Shown: in pieces, positions 6,772 to 16,798 of the stretch | Layout: each line of letters opens with the position of its first letter | How positions within the stretch are numbered: position 1 is the stretch's first letter | Assembly: GCA_964428445.1 (NCBI GenBank) | Contig: CAYRYC010000002.1 | Coordinates: 1 to 59,192 of the forward strand | Length of the DNA stretch: 59,192 nt | Direction of reading: 5' to 3' | Source of the DNA: an uncultured Methanosarcinales archaeon | GTDB taxonomy: Archaea; Nanobdellota; Nanobdellia; Woesearchaeales; SKGA01 | Position numbers and translations under genes: made by a program | Notes under the pieces: generated by a model | The model's database searches: none | The model's input: the letters and a program-made list of their open reading frames with translations, nothing else | Told to the model about the DNA's origin: nothing

Positions 6772-8262
6772 CTAATTATTAATATTTTTCACTAAGTTAC
6801 GGCATTCTTGGCCTTCTTTAGTATCTTTCACTTCATAAGCAAGTTTTGTTAACTCGTCTCGAAGTGAATCGCTTGCAGCCCAATCTTTATTTTCTCGAGC
6901 TTCTCGTCGTTTTTCTAAAATATCAACAATTTCTTGAGGAAGATCTTCTTTTTCAAGAATTGATTTTGGAAATAAACCAAAAATAGTATCTGCTTTGAAA
7001 ATAATGTCAAGAATTTCTTCTGCTTGATCTTTACCGACTTTATCTTCTTGAAGTTTTTTATTAATTTCTTTTACACCTTCGAAGAGAGCTGCTAATGCAC
7101 CGCTTATGTTAAGATCATTATCTAATTCTTTTTCTACACCTAAAAGAATCCCATGTGCATATAATGAAAGTCTTTCAGAATATGCTCTTTCTTCTTTTAT
7201 AAAATTTAATTTTCTAAGAGTTTCATCGACTCTAGACAATGCAGTTTCTGCTGCTTTAATTCCATCTTTTGTGAAATTCATCTGCATTCTATAATGAGTT
7301 GCTAAAAGAAGATATCTAATAGCCCGAGGATCGAATCCTTCTTTGACAAGGTCAAAGACATTGTAAACATTTCCAATTGATTTACTCATTTTCTGACCTT
7401 CACTCATCATGAAAGCAGCGTGTAACCAATATTTTGAAAATAATTTTTTTGTAGCGCATTCCGTTTGTGCAATTTCACATTCGTGGTGAGGGAATTTATT
7501 ATCTTCTCCGCCGGTGTGAATGTCAATTGTTTCGAATTTTTCAGGATGGAATTTTCCATCGACGAATGCGTCACTTAGGAATTTTGCACTCATAGCACTA
7601 CATTCCATGTGCCAACCAGGGTAACCTTCTCCCCAAGGAGAATCCCATTTGAGAATATGATTTTCAAATTTCGAATTACTAAACCAAAGAACAAAATCAT
7701 GAGGAGATTTTTTATTTGGATCTGGATCTACTCTTCGTTTAGTTAGTTTGTCTAAAGAATTACCAGAAAGTTTTCCGTATTCAGGAAAAGAAGAAATATC
7801 AAAATAAACATTACCGCCAGCTTCATATGCAAAACCATCTTTGAGCAATTGTTCGACCATCGCTATCATTTCAGGAATTGTTTCCGTAGCTTTAGGTCGG
7901 AACTCAGGCTCCATAAGATTAAGAGTTTTCCAATCTTCTAAAAATTGTTTCGTATAAAATTCTGCAATTTCCAAAGGATGTTTTTTTTCTTTTTTTGCAG
8001 CGGCTTCCATTTTATCTTCGCCATCATCACCATCATCGGTTAAATGACCAACATCAGTAATATTCATAACTTGAATTACATCTAATCCTTTGTGAATTAA
8101 ATAACGTCGAAGAAGATCCCACTGTACAAATGACCGGAAGTTTCCAATATGTTGGTAACTATATACAGTTGGACCGCAGTTATAGATTCGAACTTTTCCA
8201 GTAATAACTGGAACGAAATCTTCAACTTGATTTGTCAACGAATTATATAGTTTTAAAGTCAT
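6772..8262 (-). CDS. cysS: cysteinyl-tRNA synthetase
   Basis: Class I motifs HIGN (YQHIGNFRSF) and KMSKS (QKMSKSIGN). The start is set at MTLKLYNSLT, the second Met of the ORF. Confidence 0.9.
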   Translation of the reverse strand: MTLKLYNSLTNQVEDFVPVITGKVRIYNCGPTVYSYQHIGNFRSFVQWDLLRRYLIHKGLDVIQVMNITDVGHLTDDGDDGEDKMEAAAKKEKKHPLEIAEFYTKQFLEDWKTLNLMEPEFRPKATETIPEMIAMVEQLLKDGFAYEAGGNVYFDISSFPEYGKLSGNSLDKLTKRRVDPDPNKKSPHDFVLWFSNSKFENHILKWDSPWGEGYPGWHMECSAMSAKFLSDAFVDGKFHPEKFETIDIHTGGEDNKFPHHECEIAQTECATKKLFSKYWLHAAFMMSEGQKMSKSIGNVYNVFDLVKEGFDPRAIRYLLLATHYRMQMNFTKDGIKAAETALSRVDETLRKLNFIKEERAYSERLSLYAHGILLGVEKELDNDLNISGALAALFEGVKEINKKLQEDKVGKDQAEEILDIIFKADTIFGLFPKSILEKEDLPQEIVDILEKRREARENKDWAASDSLRDELTKLAYEVKDTKEGQECRNLVKNINN

Positions 8263-8331
8263 GGAATACACCTCGAAAAGTAATTCGCACGCGGACAAGT
8301 GTGGACACGCTCTTCCTCAAAAAAAAGGGAG

Positions 8332-8402
8332 AGCGCACGCCCAGATTTGAACTGGGGATCTCGGGGCTGCAACCCGATGCCTTACCACTTGGCCACGTGC
8401 GC
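8332..8402 (-). tRNA. tRNA-Cys (anticodon GCA)
   Basis: Acceptor GCGCACG/CGTGCGC, anticodon stem TCGGG/CCCGA with loop TTGCAGC, T-arm CCCAG-TTCAAAT-CTGGG, and discriminator U as expected for Cys. Confidence 0.85.
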
Positions 8403-8617
8403 ATACAAGCTTGCGCTGTATAGTGTGAGAGTATTAATAAGATGTTTTTAAAAGTATTGGAAATTTAGTTGTCAGAATTGACAGCTAAAGGAGCGGAAGG
8501 CGAACTTGTCTTAGGCTAATTTAGAGCTTATTTTAGGCGTTTAGAAACAAAAACCATTATAAAACGCATTACAATTAGGTTTTCTAAGAGGTGTTAGCTT
8601 GAAATTCGTGAAATTAT

Positions 8618-10027
8618 ATGGCAAAAAAAACAAGATTAATTAAGTGTCCTGACTTAACTAGAATAGATAAAAGTATAGGAAAAGCCAGAGAAGATTTAGG
8701 AATCGAGGAAACACTGAACGGTTTTAAAAAAAGAATTAAAAATACATACAGGACCAGAGATTTTTATCCTTTAGAAAACACATTTCTCTTACAATTTAAA
8801 GTAGAAGATGCAATATATCGTAGAGATATTCTTGAACAATTTCTTGACAACGAAGCATTTCAAAAAACAATGAAAAAGATATCTCGAAAATTACCAAGAT
8901 ATCAATTTGCACTAATTAGCACAGATTGGTACGATGAAGTTCGAGAAGCAGATAGTCAAATCAGATTAGCAGCCATAAATAATACAAAATATTTGTATAT
9001 GGATGAAGCTTTGGAAACAATATTATCATTACCAAACGATACAAAAGCAACACAAGATATTCTTGCGTTTGCTGAAAAAGCAAAAAAAGCATTAAAACCA
9101 TATTTTCCTATTGCAGAAAAACTTAGAAAAAAACCAATAATAATAAAAAAACCAGACCCTCATAATTCAAAAAAATTAAAATTTGAGTACGATTACGAAT
9201 GGAATTATCATTGTGCTGAAAAACTAGAACCATTCATGGGACAATTAAAAGAAGTAATTCGATTAAAAAAACAATTTTCATATTACAAAGCATTAGCAAT
9301 ACCTTTTGAGGTCACATGCAATGGAAAAAGAATTCCTTCATGCAAACCAAAATTTTTACCGCAAGAAGAAAGAAAAGGCGAATTAAAAAAAGCATATCAT
9401 CCGCATTTTTTCGAAAAAACATGGGATTATTCAGAAATTGAAAAACTCAATATTCCGAACGATGTTCATTGGGGAGATAATGCTAGAAATACATATATTC
9501 TAGGAGCTAACGGTAGAGGAAAATCAGTATATCTCAAAACCATCGGATTAAACACTCATTTAGCAATGGCAGGTCTATACGCATTTGCTAAAGAATTCTC
9601 ACTATCACCAGTAGATCAAATATTTCCTTGCTTCGATATGGGAGATACATTAGGAGCAGGACATTTTCACAACGGAGCTAACCAAGTTACATATATGAAA
9701 GAAAATATAACAATTAACTCGCTAGTCCTTGGAGATGAAATCGGAGGCGGAACAGAACCAGAAGCAGAAACATGGGTGTCCAAAGGAATCTCAGACGCAC
9801 TCATCTATAATAATATAAGCTCGTTTTTTATTACGCATGACAAAGGAACATGGGAAGAACATCAAAATAAAAAAAATGTTATATTTTTGAGAGTTTCAGA
9901 TATTGATGATAATAAAAGAAAATACCGAATATGGGAAGGTATCCCAGAGAGCGGTTACGGAAAGAAAATTGCAAAAAAAGCAGGCATCGATCCACATTCA
10001 ATGAACGAAGCATTGAAAAAAATCTAA
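8618..10027 (+). CDS. MutS-family (domain V) ATPase-like protein
   Basis: Walker A GANGRGKSVYLKTIG and Walker B LVLGDEIGGGTEPEAE, with spacing typical of the MutS ABC-ATPase domain. The N-terminal part is unrecognised. Confidence 0.55.
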   Translation: MAKKTRLIKCPDLTRIDKSIGKAREDLGIEETLNGFKKRIKNTYRTRDFYPLENTFLLQFKVEDAIYRRDILEQFLDNEAFQKTMKKISRKLPRYQFALISTDWYDEVREADSQIRLAAINNTKYLYMDEALETILSLPNDTKATQDILAFAEKAKKALKPYFPIAEKLRKKPIIIKKPDPHNSKKLKFEYDYEWNYHCAEKLEPFMGQLKEVIRLKKQFSYYKALAIPFEVTCNGKRIPSCKPKFLPQEERKGELKKAYHPHFFEKTWDYSEIEKLNIPNDVHWGDNARNTYILGANGRGKSVYLKTIGLNTHLAMAGLYAFAKEFSLSPVDQIFPCFDMGDTLGAGHFHNGANQVTYMKENITINSLVLGDEIGGGTEPEAETWVSKGISDALIYNNISSFFITHDKGTWEEHQNKKNVIFLRVSDIDDNKRKYRIWEGIPESGYGKKIAKKAGIDPHSMNEALKKI

Positions 10028-10365
10028 AGCTTATTCCGCAGAACATAATTCGCCCTAAGAACGTAGGCAGGGACCATGTCTAGAAATCCACCTATCTTTG
10101 TTAAATTCGCAGCAGCTTCCTTAATCCCCAAATAAAGAAGTCCTCTTGTGTCGCCTGTTTTGTATGCGTATTTTGCTAAAAAAGGAAGTTTAACGAATAA
10201 TAATTCAGCAATACTGAGAGCCATTCCGAACTTAAATAAATATTCGCTATCAGAATACATACAGAGAGAAGAAATTGGACCTGTAAAAGCATCCATAATA
10301 TCAATTCTTGCAGCCTGTTTGCTTAATTTTTGCGCTTCTTCATTTGTTATATTTTCCAAACCCAT
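10024..10365 (-). CDS. hypothetical small protein
   Basis: 113-aa ORF that tightly abuts the neighbouring gene. No recognisable motif. Confidence 0.4.
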   Translation of the reverse strand: MGLENITNEEAQKLSKQAARIDIMDAFTGPISSLCMYSDSEYLFKFGMALSIAELLFVKLPFLAKYAYKTGDTRGLLYLGIKEAAANLTKIGGFLDMVPAYVLRANYVLRNKL

Positions 10366-10516
10366 AGAAGTAATATTAATTTAATGTTAATAATAGTCTG
10401 CGATGAGTAATCCGGAAAGTTTCCAATAAACTTATATTAGAGAAAGTTTTTGTTGATTTTAAGTATCCTTAAAGCAAAGCTTTACGGGACCTTTCATAAA
10501 ATCAAAGAATTAGAAA

Positions 10517-11188
10517 ATGGCAATAATAAATGTAAAAAGTATCTTTAGAAAAAAGAGAAGAAAATTACTTGATAATATCCTGATGAAGCAACCCTATTCT
10601 TATTCTTATGAAGATATAAAAATTGAAGTAGGAAAAGATGTTTTTCCTCCAGACATTGGTTTTGCATCGCTAGATTTAATAAAAACATTAAGAAATTATT
10701 CAGCAGATTCAGCATTAGATATGGGTACAGGTACAGGAATTATTGCTATTGCTATGAAAAAATATAAAATAAAAAACGTTCTTGCAATAGATAATCATTT
10801 GCCAGCAATAGAATGTTGTAAAAAAAACTTAAAACTAAATCCGAAATATTCTGACATTGAAGTTATGAAAGGAAATTTATTTGAAAATGTTTCTGATTCC
10901 AGAAAATTTGATTTAATAGTATTCAACCACACCTATTCTCCAGCTCCAAGACCAATATTTGGCAATAACATGGACGGAGGAATAGAACTTTGCAAAAGAT
11001 TCTTACTAGAAGCTAAAAATCATCTGAATAAAAATGGAGTTATACTTCTATCTTTCTCTTCAATGTTTCACGAAGAGAACAATCCTTTGAATGTAATTAA
11101 GGAAACAGGATATGATGCTAAAATTGTATTGCAAAAAGAAAACGAAGGCACTTCAAGTTATATTTATGAATTTAAGTTAATCGCTTAA
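10517..11188 (+). CDS. class I SAM-dependent methyltransferase (HemK/PrmC-Mtq2-like, degenerate NPPY)
   Basis: Motif I ALDMGTGTGIIAI. Motif IV reads VFNHTYSP in place of NPPY. Confidence 0.6.
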   Translation: MAIINVKSIFRKKRRKLLDNILMKQPYSYSYEDIKIEVGKDVFPPDIGFASLDLIKTLRNYSADSALDMGTGTGIIAIAMKKYKIKNVLAIDNHLPAIECCKKNLKLNPKYSDIEVMKGNLFENVSDSRKFDLIVFNHTYSPAPRPIFGNNMDGGIELCKRFLLEAKNHLNKNGVILLSFSSMFHEENNPLNVIKETGYDAKIVLQKENEGTSSYIYEFKLIA

Positions 11189-11993
11189 CTTCAATGCTTA
11201 TCGCATCATCGAGAATTCTAATTTCTCTAGGACAAACAGTATATTCCAACTTACTTGATTTGCAGTAGGAAAGAATTTTTTCTTTCTCTTCTTCATTGGA
11301 AAATCGAACGATAACATTCAAACCTTGACCTTCAGGATGAACCAGTTTACAATCGACCAAATCTTTCTTTATGATTTCTACTCTTTCTCTCAGAAAAGTT
11401 CTTCGCTTTTCTAAATCCATTAGTTTTTGTTCAAGAATTTTAAAATCAATTTCAGATTCTTCATAATCATCATTATTTTTTTTGAAGAATTCAAATAATT
11501 CAGGATCGTTTGTTGCAATAAAACCGCCAGTTCCTAAGTCAACAGGCTTCGCTTTTCCAAAACTTCCAAGAATAATATCTCCTATCTTTGCATTAGGAGT
11601 TCCAATGCTTCCAGCAACATCATTTACTAAAATAATATCATGAGAAAAACATTCACCAGAAATTTCATCCATGTCATGAAGAACAGCATAGCCAGCCATT
11701 GAATTAATTAAAAGAGCACTATCGTGAGGATGATTACATAAATCTCCTAGAATAATAAGACCATCATCGGTTGTTAACATAATAGGATTAAGATTTGCTT
11801 TCTCAATGAATTTTTTGTATGTCAACCAACCGCCTTCTTCTTGATAGAGAACATTTGATCTACCAATATGGGCAAGCGCTTGCATAGCTATACGAATTGC
11901 AGAATTACCTCTCTTTGTTAAGAGGACAAAATCCTTTCCTGAGTGTATTTTAAGGAGAGTCTCGCAGGTTTCTTTTGATTCATCGTTTGACAT
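11172..11993 (-). CDS. short DegT/DnrJ/EryC1-like PLP-dependent enzyme
   Basis: RGNSAIRIAMQAL and GSFGKAKPVDLGTGGFIATND resemble the DegT-family PLP-lysine region (SF..K....GGG...tnd). Confidence 0.45.
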   Translation of the reverse strand: MSNDESKETCETLLKIHSGKDFVLLTKRGNSAIRIAMQALAHIGRSNVLYQEEGGWLTYKKFIEKANLNPIMLTTDDGLIILGDLCNHPHDSALLINSMAGYAVLHDMDEISGECFSHDIILVNDVAGSIGTPNAKIGDIILGSFGKAKPVDLGTGGFIATNDPELFEFFKKNNDDYEESEIDFKILEQKLMDLEKRRTFLRERVEIIKKDLVDCKLVHPEGQGLNVIVRFSNEEEKEKILSYCKSSKLEYTVCPREIRILDDAISIEVKRLT

Positions 11994-12228
11994 AGCACAG
12001 GGAAGGGAATATTCATTAATAAAGCTTTTCTCTTAATAAAGAGAAAAGTTGCGAATAGTAATAAGCTTGCTTTTCCATAAGTCATAATGGAAAAGTTGCG
12101 AACGACACTGATGAGCATCAGAGACATCCGGGTGAGAATGTTAATGAACACAGTAAGCTGAGTTTTCTCTGAAATTCAGAGATAAATATATAAAGAACTA
12201 AGCGTATGAAATATACGGTGGAAGACCC

Positions 12229-13047
12229 ATGAAACAAAACATTTCATACGATAATATGATCAAAAAAGGATTCACAACTTTCTTTAAAGATTGGAAACTT
12301 TTTGTTACTGTTGCACTACTTATGACAATACCAATTATTCTTCTTAATTTCATGCAAGAAAGCGTAGCATGGAGAATAATTCTTCTAGTAACAATCGTCA
12401 TAGTTAGTTTAATTGCTTTCATGATATATACATTAGCAGTACCTTTGGTTTTGAAAGGAAAACGCGATCTGGAAAAAGGAGCTTGGCATCATATAGAAAA
12501 AAGTTTCTTGCCTTTGTTAACAACATACATTCTTATTACATTAATAATGCTACTTACAATAATCATAGTATTGGTTCCTATAAGTCTAATTTATTGGCTT
12601 TTCATACTAATAGCCGCTTCGTCTACAGTAATGCACATAACATTTGCTATAATTGCAATAGTTGCAAGTGTAGTTGCATCTATAATTGTAGGAACATACA
12701 TGTTCTTTGCTCCTTTCATAGTAGTTCTTGAAAAGAAAAAATGTATTTATGCAGTAAAAGAATCATACAAAAGAGTAAAAAAGAAATTTAAAGCGACTCT
12801 TGGAGCATTCATCATAATAAAACTAATAGCAATAGCTCTTTCAATAATACCTGTAATTGCTCTTGCTCCATTTTATATTATTAACAATCTTAATTTATCA
12901 ATTATAATAGAACAACTTGCTCTTGTTGCACAGTACATATTCATTATTCCTGCAACATTAATGGGAATTATTTATTTTTTATACGAAGGATATAAAGTTA
13001 AGAAGAAGCCTGTTAAAAAAGTTGCAAGTAAAAAGAAAAAGAAATAA
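12229..13047 (+). CDS. polytopic membrane protein with a Lys-rich C-terminal tail
   Basis: Multiple hydrophobic spans. Ends in KKKPVKKVASKKKKK. Confidence 0.55.
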   Translation: MKQNISYDNMIKKGFTTFFKDWKLFVTVALLMTIPIILLNFMQESVAWRIILLVTIVIVSLIAFMIYTLAVPLVLKGKRDLEKGAWHHIEKSFLPLLTTYILITLIMLLTIIIVLVPISLIYWLFILIAASSTVMHITFAIIAIVASVVASIIVGTYMFFAPFIVVLEKKKCIYAVKESYKRVKKKFKATLGAFIIIKLIAIALSIIPVIALAPFYIINNLNLSIIIEQLALVAQYIFIIPATLMGIIYFLYEGYKVKKKPVKKVASKKKKK

Positions 13048-13097
13048 TGGCAAAACCATGAAAACTTAATTTTCATTGGTTTGGCATTTTTAATAAA

Positions 13098-13847
13098 ATG
13101 ACAAAACCACAAGAAGCGGATCCTCGAATGCACCTTCGTGCTCTCGAAAAGACTGAAGAAGAAATAATTAAACAACTTCGACCTAAAGAGAAAGAGATCC
13201 GACAATTAATTGAAGAACTAAAGGCACTTCGTGAACTAATTAGAGCTACAGGAAAACAAGTAGAAAATTTTGATTCAGGAACAGAAGAAGAAAAAGATAA
13301 AGAAAGCGAAGAAACAATAGAAGCATTGGAAGATGTTGTTTCTAAAAGTACTGAAGAATCTAAAAAACATCCTTTAGGACAAAACATTTCTGATCAATAC
13401 GCTTCCGTAAGTGCTAAGAACCTAACCGTCGCAGCAAACACACAAACAATTGATGAACTTTACAATCTCGCATACAAAGCAAACTGGTCACAGGATGACG
13501 CGAAGAAATTCTTTGACATGCAATACGCAATAAGTCAAACTAGAAGCTATGAAAGTGAAATCAGCGATCTATTCAAAGAACGGGTTGATAACACATACCA
13601 AGCTCTTCAACAGGTTTGGGAAAAAGCTCAAGATCAAATTAAAGATAATTATAAAGTTGAAGAACAGAGAGTTCAGCAATTTCAAGAGCAACAAACAACA
13701 ACAAGCACCCCTCAAAATAAACAATACCAAGCTTCAAATTTCCAAGCTCCAGCAGCTCCTTCTCCACAACAGACATACATCCCTCCTGCGAAAAACGATG
13801 TTACACCAGTTAAGAAGAAAGGTCCAAGTCTTATGGATCAACTCTAA
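13098..13847 (+). CDS. hypothetical coiled-coil / Gln-rich protein
   Basis: 249-aa ORF with an acidic coiled-coil N-terminus and a Q/P-rich C-terminus. Confidence 0.5.
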   Translation: MTKPQEADPRMHLRALEKTEEEIIKQLRPKEKEIRQLIEELKALRELIRATGKQVENFDSGTEEEKDKESEETIEALEDVVSKSTEESKKHPLGQNISDQYASVSAKNLTVAANTQTIDELYNLAYKANWSQDDAKKFFDMQYAISQTRSYESEISDLFKERVDNTYQALQQVWEKAQDQIKDNYKVEEQRVQQFQEQQTTTSTPQNKQYQASNFQAPAAPSPQQTYIPPAKNDVTPVKKKGPSLMDQL

Positions 13848-14521
13848 TAACTAAAATTTTCTAGTACAAGATTTTTATGCAATCTTTTAAAACCATCATA
13901 GGATTTCTTTAAAGAACTTGAACTAAAAGGTAAATTTACTACAGAAGTTTTTTCAGAATTTTTTAATAGACCAAACTCAACATTGTGGTTCGCGTTATCT
14001 GAAGTTAAAAAACAAATAGCGCCAACACCACTTTCAGGATATTGTTTTTGTAAACTAGCCATAGATCCGTTAAGTTTTCTAGCATGTTCTTTGTATTCGT
14101 TTCTATGACTCCCAATAGGAACACCAGAAACATCCAGAATAAAATAATAATCAGCAACGTCTTTCTCCGCAACAGATTCATTCTTAGACAAAACAACACC
14201 ATCAAATGTTTGATCACATAAAAAATGATAACCATCAATAATTTCGGCAGTATATTTATTATTAAACATATTAAAAGTCGGATCAATTGATTTTTGCTGA
14301 ATAACACTTTCCAAAGCATAAGTATTTGCTACTTCAGAAGCAAACATAAAAAAATCCATACTAGGAAATAACCAATAAAGACATTTAGCCAGAGAAAATC
14401 CTTTCTCAGCCCACCCCTTATAAGACCAATCTGAATAATCAATTTTTATATGGTTTGATTGTAATTTCTTAGCTAAAGTATTAGCAACACTGTGAATTTC
14501 TTTAATCACTTTAGGATTCAT
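13844..14521 (-). CDS. hypothetical protein (ORF trimmed to an internal Met)
   Basis: The track ORF 13844..14953 runs antisense through rpl11. The start was moved to MNPKVIKEIH (ATG at 14521-14519). Confidence 0.45.
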   Translation of the reverse strand: MNPKVIKEIHSVANTLAKKLQSNHIKIDYSDWSYKGWAEKGFSLAKCLYWLFPSMDFFMFASEVANTYALESVIQQKSIDPTFNMFNNKYTAEIIDGYHFLCDQTFDGVVLSKNESVAEKDVADYYFILDVSGVPIGSHRNEYKEHARKLNGSMASLQKQYPESGVGAICFLTSDNANHNVEFGLLKNSEKTSVVNLPFSSSSLKKSYDGFKRLHKNLVLENFSY

Positions 14522-14753
14522 AAAAAAGCAAAATGAAGTTATCTTTTTAAATATTGACAACACATTTATAAACAAATAAGCACTTCTCAGACTTAACCGG
14601 TCGCGGACAGAGTAGATCAAACAATTCTTCACGTTTGATGAAATGAAAGCATCCAACGCGCGAAAGCGCGGGAGATAATATAAAATGGCAATACATGCGA
14701 AATCTATAAAGATTTCTGAGCAATTGCCATAAATATTATACGAGGAATATAAT

Positions 14754-15233
14754 ATGGCAATTGAAAAAGTAGATGTAATGATTAACGGCGGTAAAGCTAC
14801 AGCAGCACCACCTCTAGGACCAGCACTTGGACCACTTAAAATTAATATTGGACAAGTTGTTGCAGAAATTAACAAAAAAACAGCAGACTTCGCAGGAATG
14901 CAAGTTCCAGTAACAGTTAGCGTAAATACAGAAACAAAAGATTTCACAATCAAAGTTGGAACTCCTCCAGCATCAGCTTTAATTAAGCAAGAAGCAGGAG
15001 TAAAAAAAGGTGGAGCTAATCAGTTAACAGATACAGCAGGAAACCTTAGTTTTGATCAAGTTCTAAAAATTGTTCGTATGAAACAAGATGCTCTTTACGG
15101 AAAAAATATGGCAAACATGGCTAAAGAAATCATGGGAACCTGTCGAAGTATGAGTATTACCATTGATGGTAAAAAAGCTCAAGAAGCTATTGAAGCTCTC
15201 AATAAAGGCGAATACAACGCGCAGTTAAAGTAA
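14754..15233 (+). CDS. rpl11: 50S ribosomal protein L11 (uL11)
   Basis: GGKATAAPPLGPALGPLKINIGQVV is the conserved L11 N-terminal motif. Confidence 0.95.
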   Translation: MAIEKVDVMINGGKATAAPPLGPALGPLKINIGQVVAEINKKTADFAGMQVPVTVSVNTETKDFTIKVGTPPASALIKQEAGVKKGGANQLTDTAGNLSFDQVLKIVRMKQDALYGKNMANMAKEIMGTCRSMSITIDGKKAQEAIEALNKGEYNAQLK

Positions 15234-15413
15234 TTTAACTGATTTTTTGAATTTTAATTCAAACCTTGTAAGGGTTTGAGAAATATTATTTGTCAAAAGC
15301 CTAGAGGAAATACACTAGTATTTTCGACCCGGTTTTTTCTTTTTTTATCCTTTTTCTATTTATCTTTTTCTTAGCATAAATTTATAATAAACTTCTACTT
15401 ACAACAATATCCA

Positions 15414-15788
15414 ATGAAATTATACAGAAAAAAACTAGTCACAGAAACAAAAATTTCATACGAACAAGTAATTAGTGAGTTAGAAGAACTCATTGAAAAA
15501 AAAGTTCCCGTAGATACAAAAGGTTTCGCTCAAATGAAAGATATCTCTACAGAATTAGCGATAGGATTTATTAAAAAACGAATTCAAATTTTGCCTGGAG
15601 AATCAGACCTGTACAATTTTTCAGGAATAAAAAGAGAATATAAAATTAAAAAAGAAACTAAAATAGACTTCATTCTTAACAAGATAGCTAAGCCAAAATA
15701 CAAAAATACACTTAAAAAATGTGAATTAGCTTCTATGATCGTTGAGAAGCAATTAATAATCACATACACCAAAGGACAATCTTTATAA
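15414..15788 (+). CDS. hypothetical protein
   Basis: 124-aa ORF with no recognisable motif. Confidence 0.4.
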   Translation: MKLYRKKLVTETKISYEQVISELEELIEKKVPVDTKGFAQMKDISTELAIGFIKKRIQILPGESDLYNFSGIKREYKIKKETKIDFILNKIAKPKYKNTLKKCELASMIVEKQLIITYTKGQSL

Positions 15789-15812
15789 ACAAAATATGAT
15801 TTCTCGCAACCT

Positions 15813-16100
15813 ATGGTAGACAGAGTAGGTGGTTTCAGACGGAACACGCGACACAAATTACGGAAAAACGTTAGACAACATGGAAAAATTAGTCTACGAA
15901 GATTCCTGCAAACCTTTGAAGTAGGCGACAGTGTACGATTAGCAGCAGAGCCAGCATATCAAAAAGGAATGTACTTTCCACGATTCTACGGAAAATTCGG
16001 AATTATAAGTAAAGTAGTAGGAAGATGTTACGAAGTTAAAATCAAAGACGGAAAAGATAAAACCGTTGTTGTACATCCAGTACACTTAAACAAGGCGTAG
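15813..16100 (+). CDS. rpl21e: 50S ribosomal protein L21e
   Basis: GGFRRNTRHKLRK...FEVGDSV...PRFYGKFG is typical L21e, and it sits in the conserved L21e-RpoF-DUF655 neighbourhood. Confidence 0.9.
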   Translation: MVDRVGGFRRNTRHKLRKNVRQHGKISLRRFLQTFEVGDSVRLAAEPAYQKGMYFPRFYGKFGIISKVVGRCYEVKIKDGKDKTVVVHPVHLNKA

Positions 16101-16155
16101 ATAAAATAAAACTATGAACTTGTTCATCAGATTAACATTTTGAAAGGAGTGAAAA

Positions 16156-16512
16156 ATGGTAAAACCAGAAGTTCTTGAACAAAAACCAGTCACAGTATCA
16201 GAAGTAAAAGATATTCTCAAGAAAGTTCAAAAACGTGATGAGGAACTAACATTCCGTGGTGGAAAAACACTAGATCACGTAAACGAAGTACCTTCAGCAA
16301 CTCTTACCAAAACAAAGGAGCTAGCTAAAAAAATTGCAGCTCTAGAGATTCCTCGACTTAAAGACATCCATATCGTTAAAACAATCGATACAATGCCTGA
16401 GAGCGCAGAACATCTTAAAGTTATTCTTAGTGGCTACAACGTCACAATTACTAAAGAAAACATGCAGAAAATCGTCGATACACTCGATGAATATCGCCCA
16501 ATTAAAAAATAA
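16156..16512 (+). CDS. rpoF: DNA-directed RNA polymerase subunit Rpo4 (RpoF)
   Basis: Size, conserved position after rpl21e, and Rpo4-like sequence (VSEVKDILKK...EELTFRGGKTLDHV). Confidence 0.8.
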   Translation: MVKPEVLEQKPVTVSEVKDILKKVQKRDEELTFRGGKTLDHVNEVPSATLTKTKELAKKIAALEIPRLKDIHIVKTIDTMPESAEHLKVILSGYNVTITKENMQKIVDTLDEYRPIKK

Positions 16513-16612
16513 TGAAAATTAAACAGAGGTTATATATGAATAATTGTTTAATTTTCAGTATGCCAAAAAAGATACTTTTTTGAGCATAAAAGGGCGAAAT
16601 AACTGTTTTGTT

Positions 16613-16798
16613 CAATTTTCGATAAATATATTCAATGAATCTTAATTGCAATATATTTTTCAAATTAGAAGCTGAGAATAACAATTTGAAGCAAATCAGC
16701 TTCTAATTTTCGATAAATATGAACAATAAGATTTAGATTGGACATATTTCTCGAATTTGAAGCTTAGAATAACTAAAGCTTCAATTTTCGATAAATAT
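16613..16798 (+). repeat. three spaced copies of aattttcgataaatat (BRE/TATA-like), two of them preceded by hairpins
   Basis: Box copies at 16613-16629, 16705-16720 and 16783-16798. Hairpins are agaagctga/tcagcttct (16667-16675 / 16696-16704) and tgaagctt/aagcttca (16758-16765 / 16776-16783). Confidence 0.7.

Noticed and set aside
12108-12163. Possible C/D box sRNA (ctgatga ... ctga, about 56 nt apart)
   Set aside because: No acceptable D'/C' boxes at the right spacing and no terminal stem.
13844-14953. Full 369-aa minus-strand ORF from the track
   Set aside because: Its first 144 codons run antisense through rpl11 and its structured leader. It was trimmed to the Met at 14521.
16613-16798. 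The spaced repeats as a mini-CRISPR array
   Set aside because: The repeats are only 16 nt, spacing is irregular (92 and 78 nt), the spacers themselves contain related hairpins, and no cas genes are in the window.
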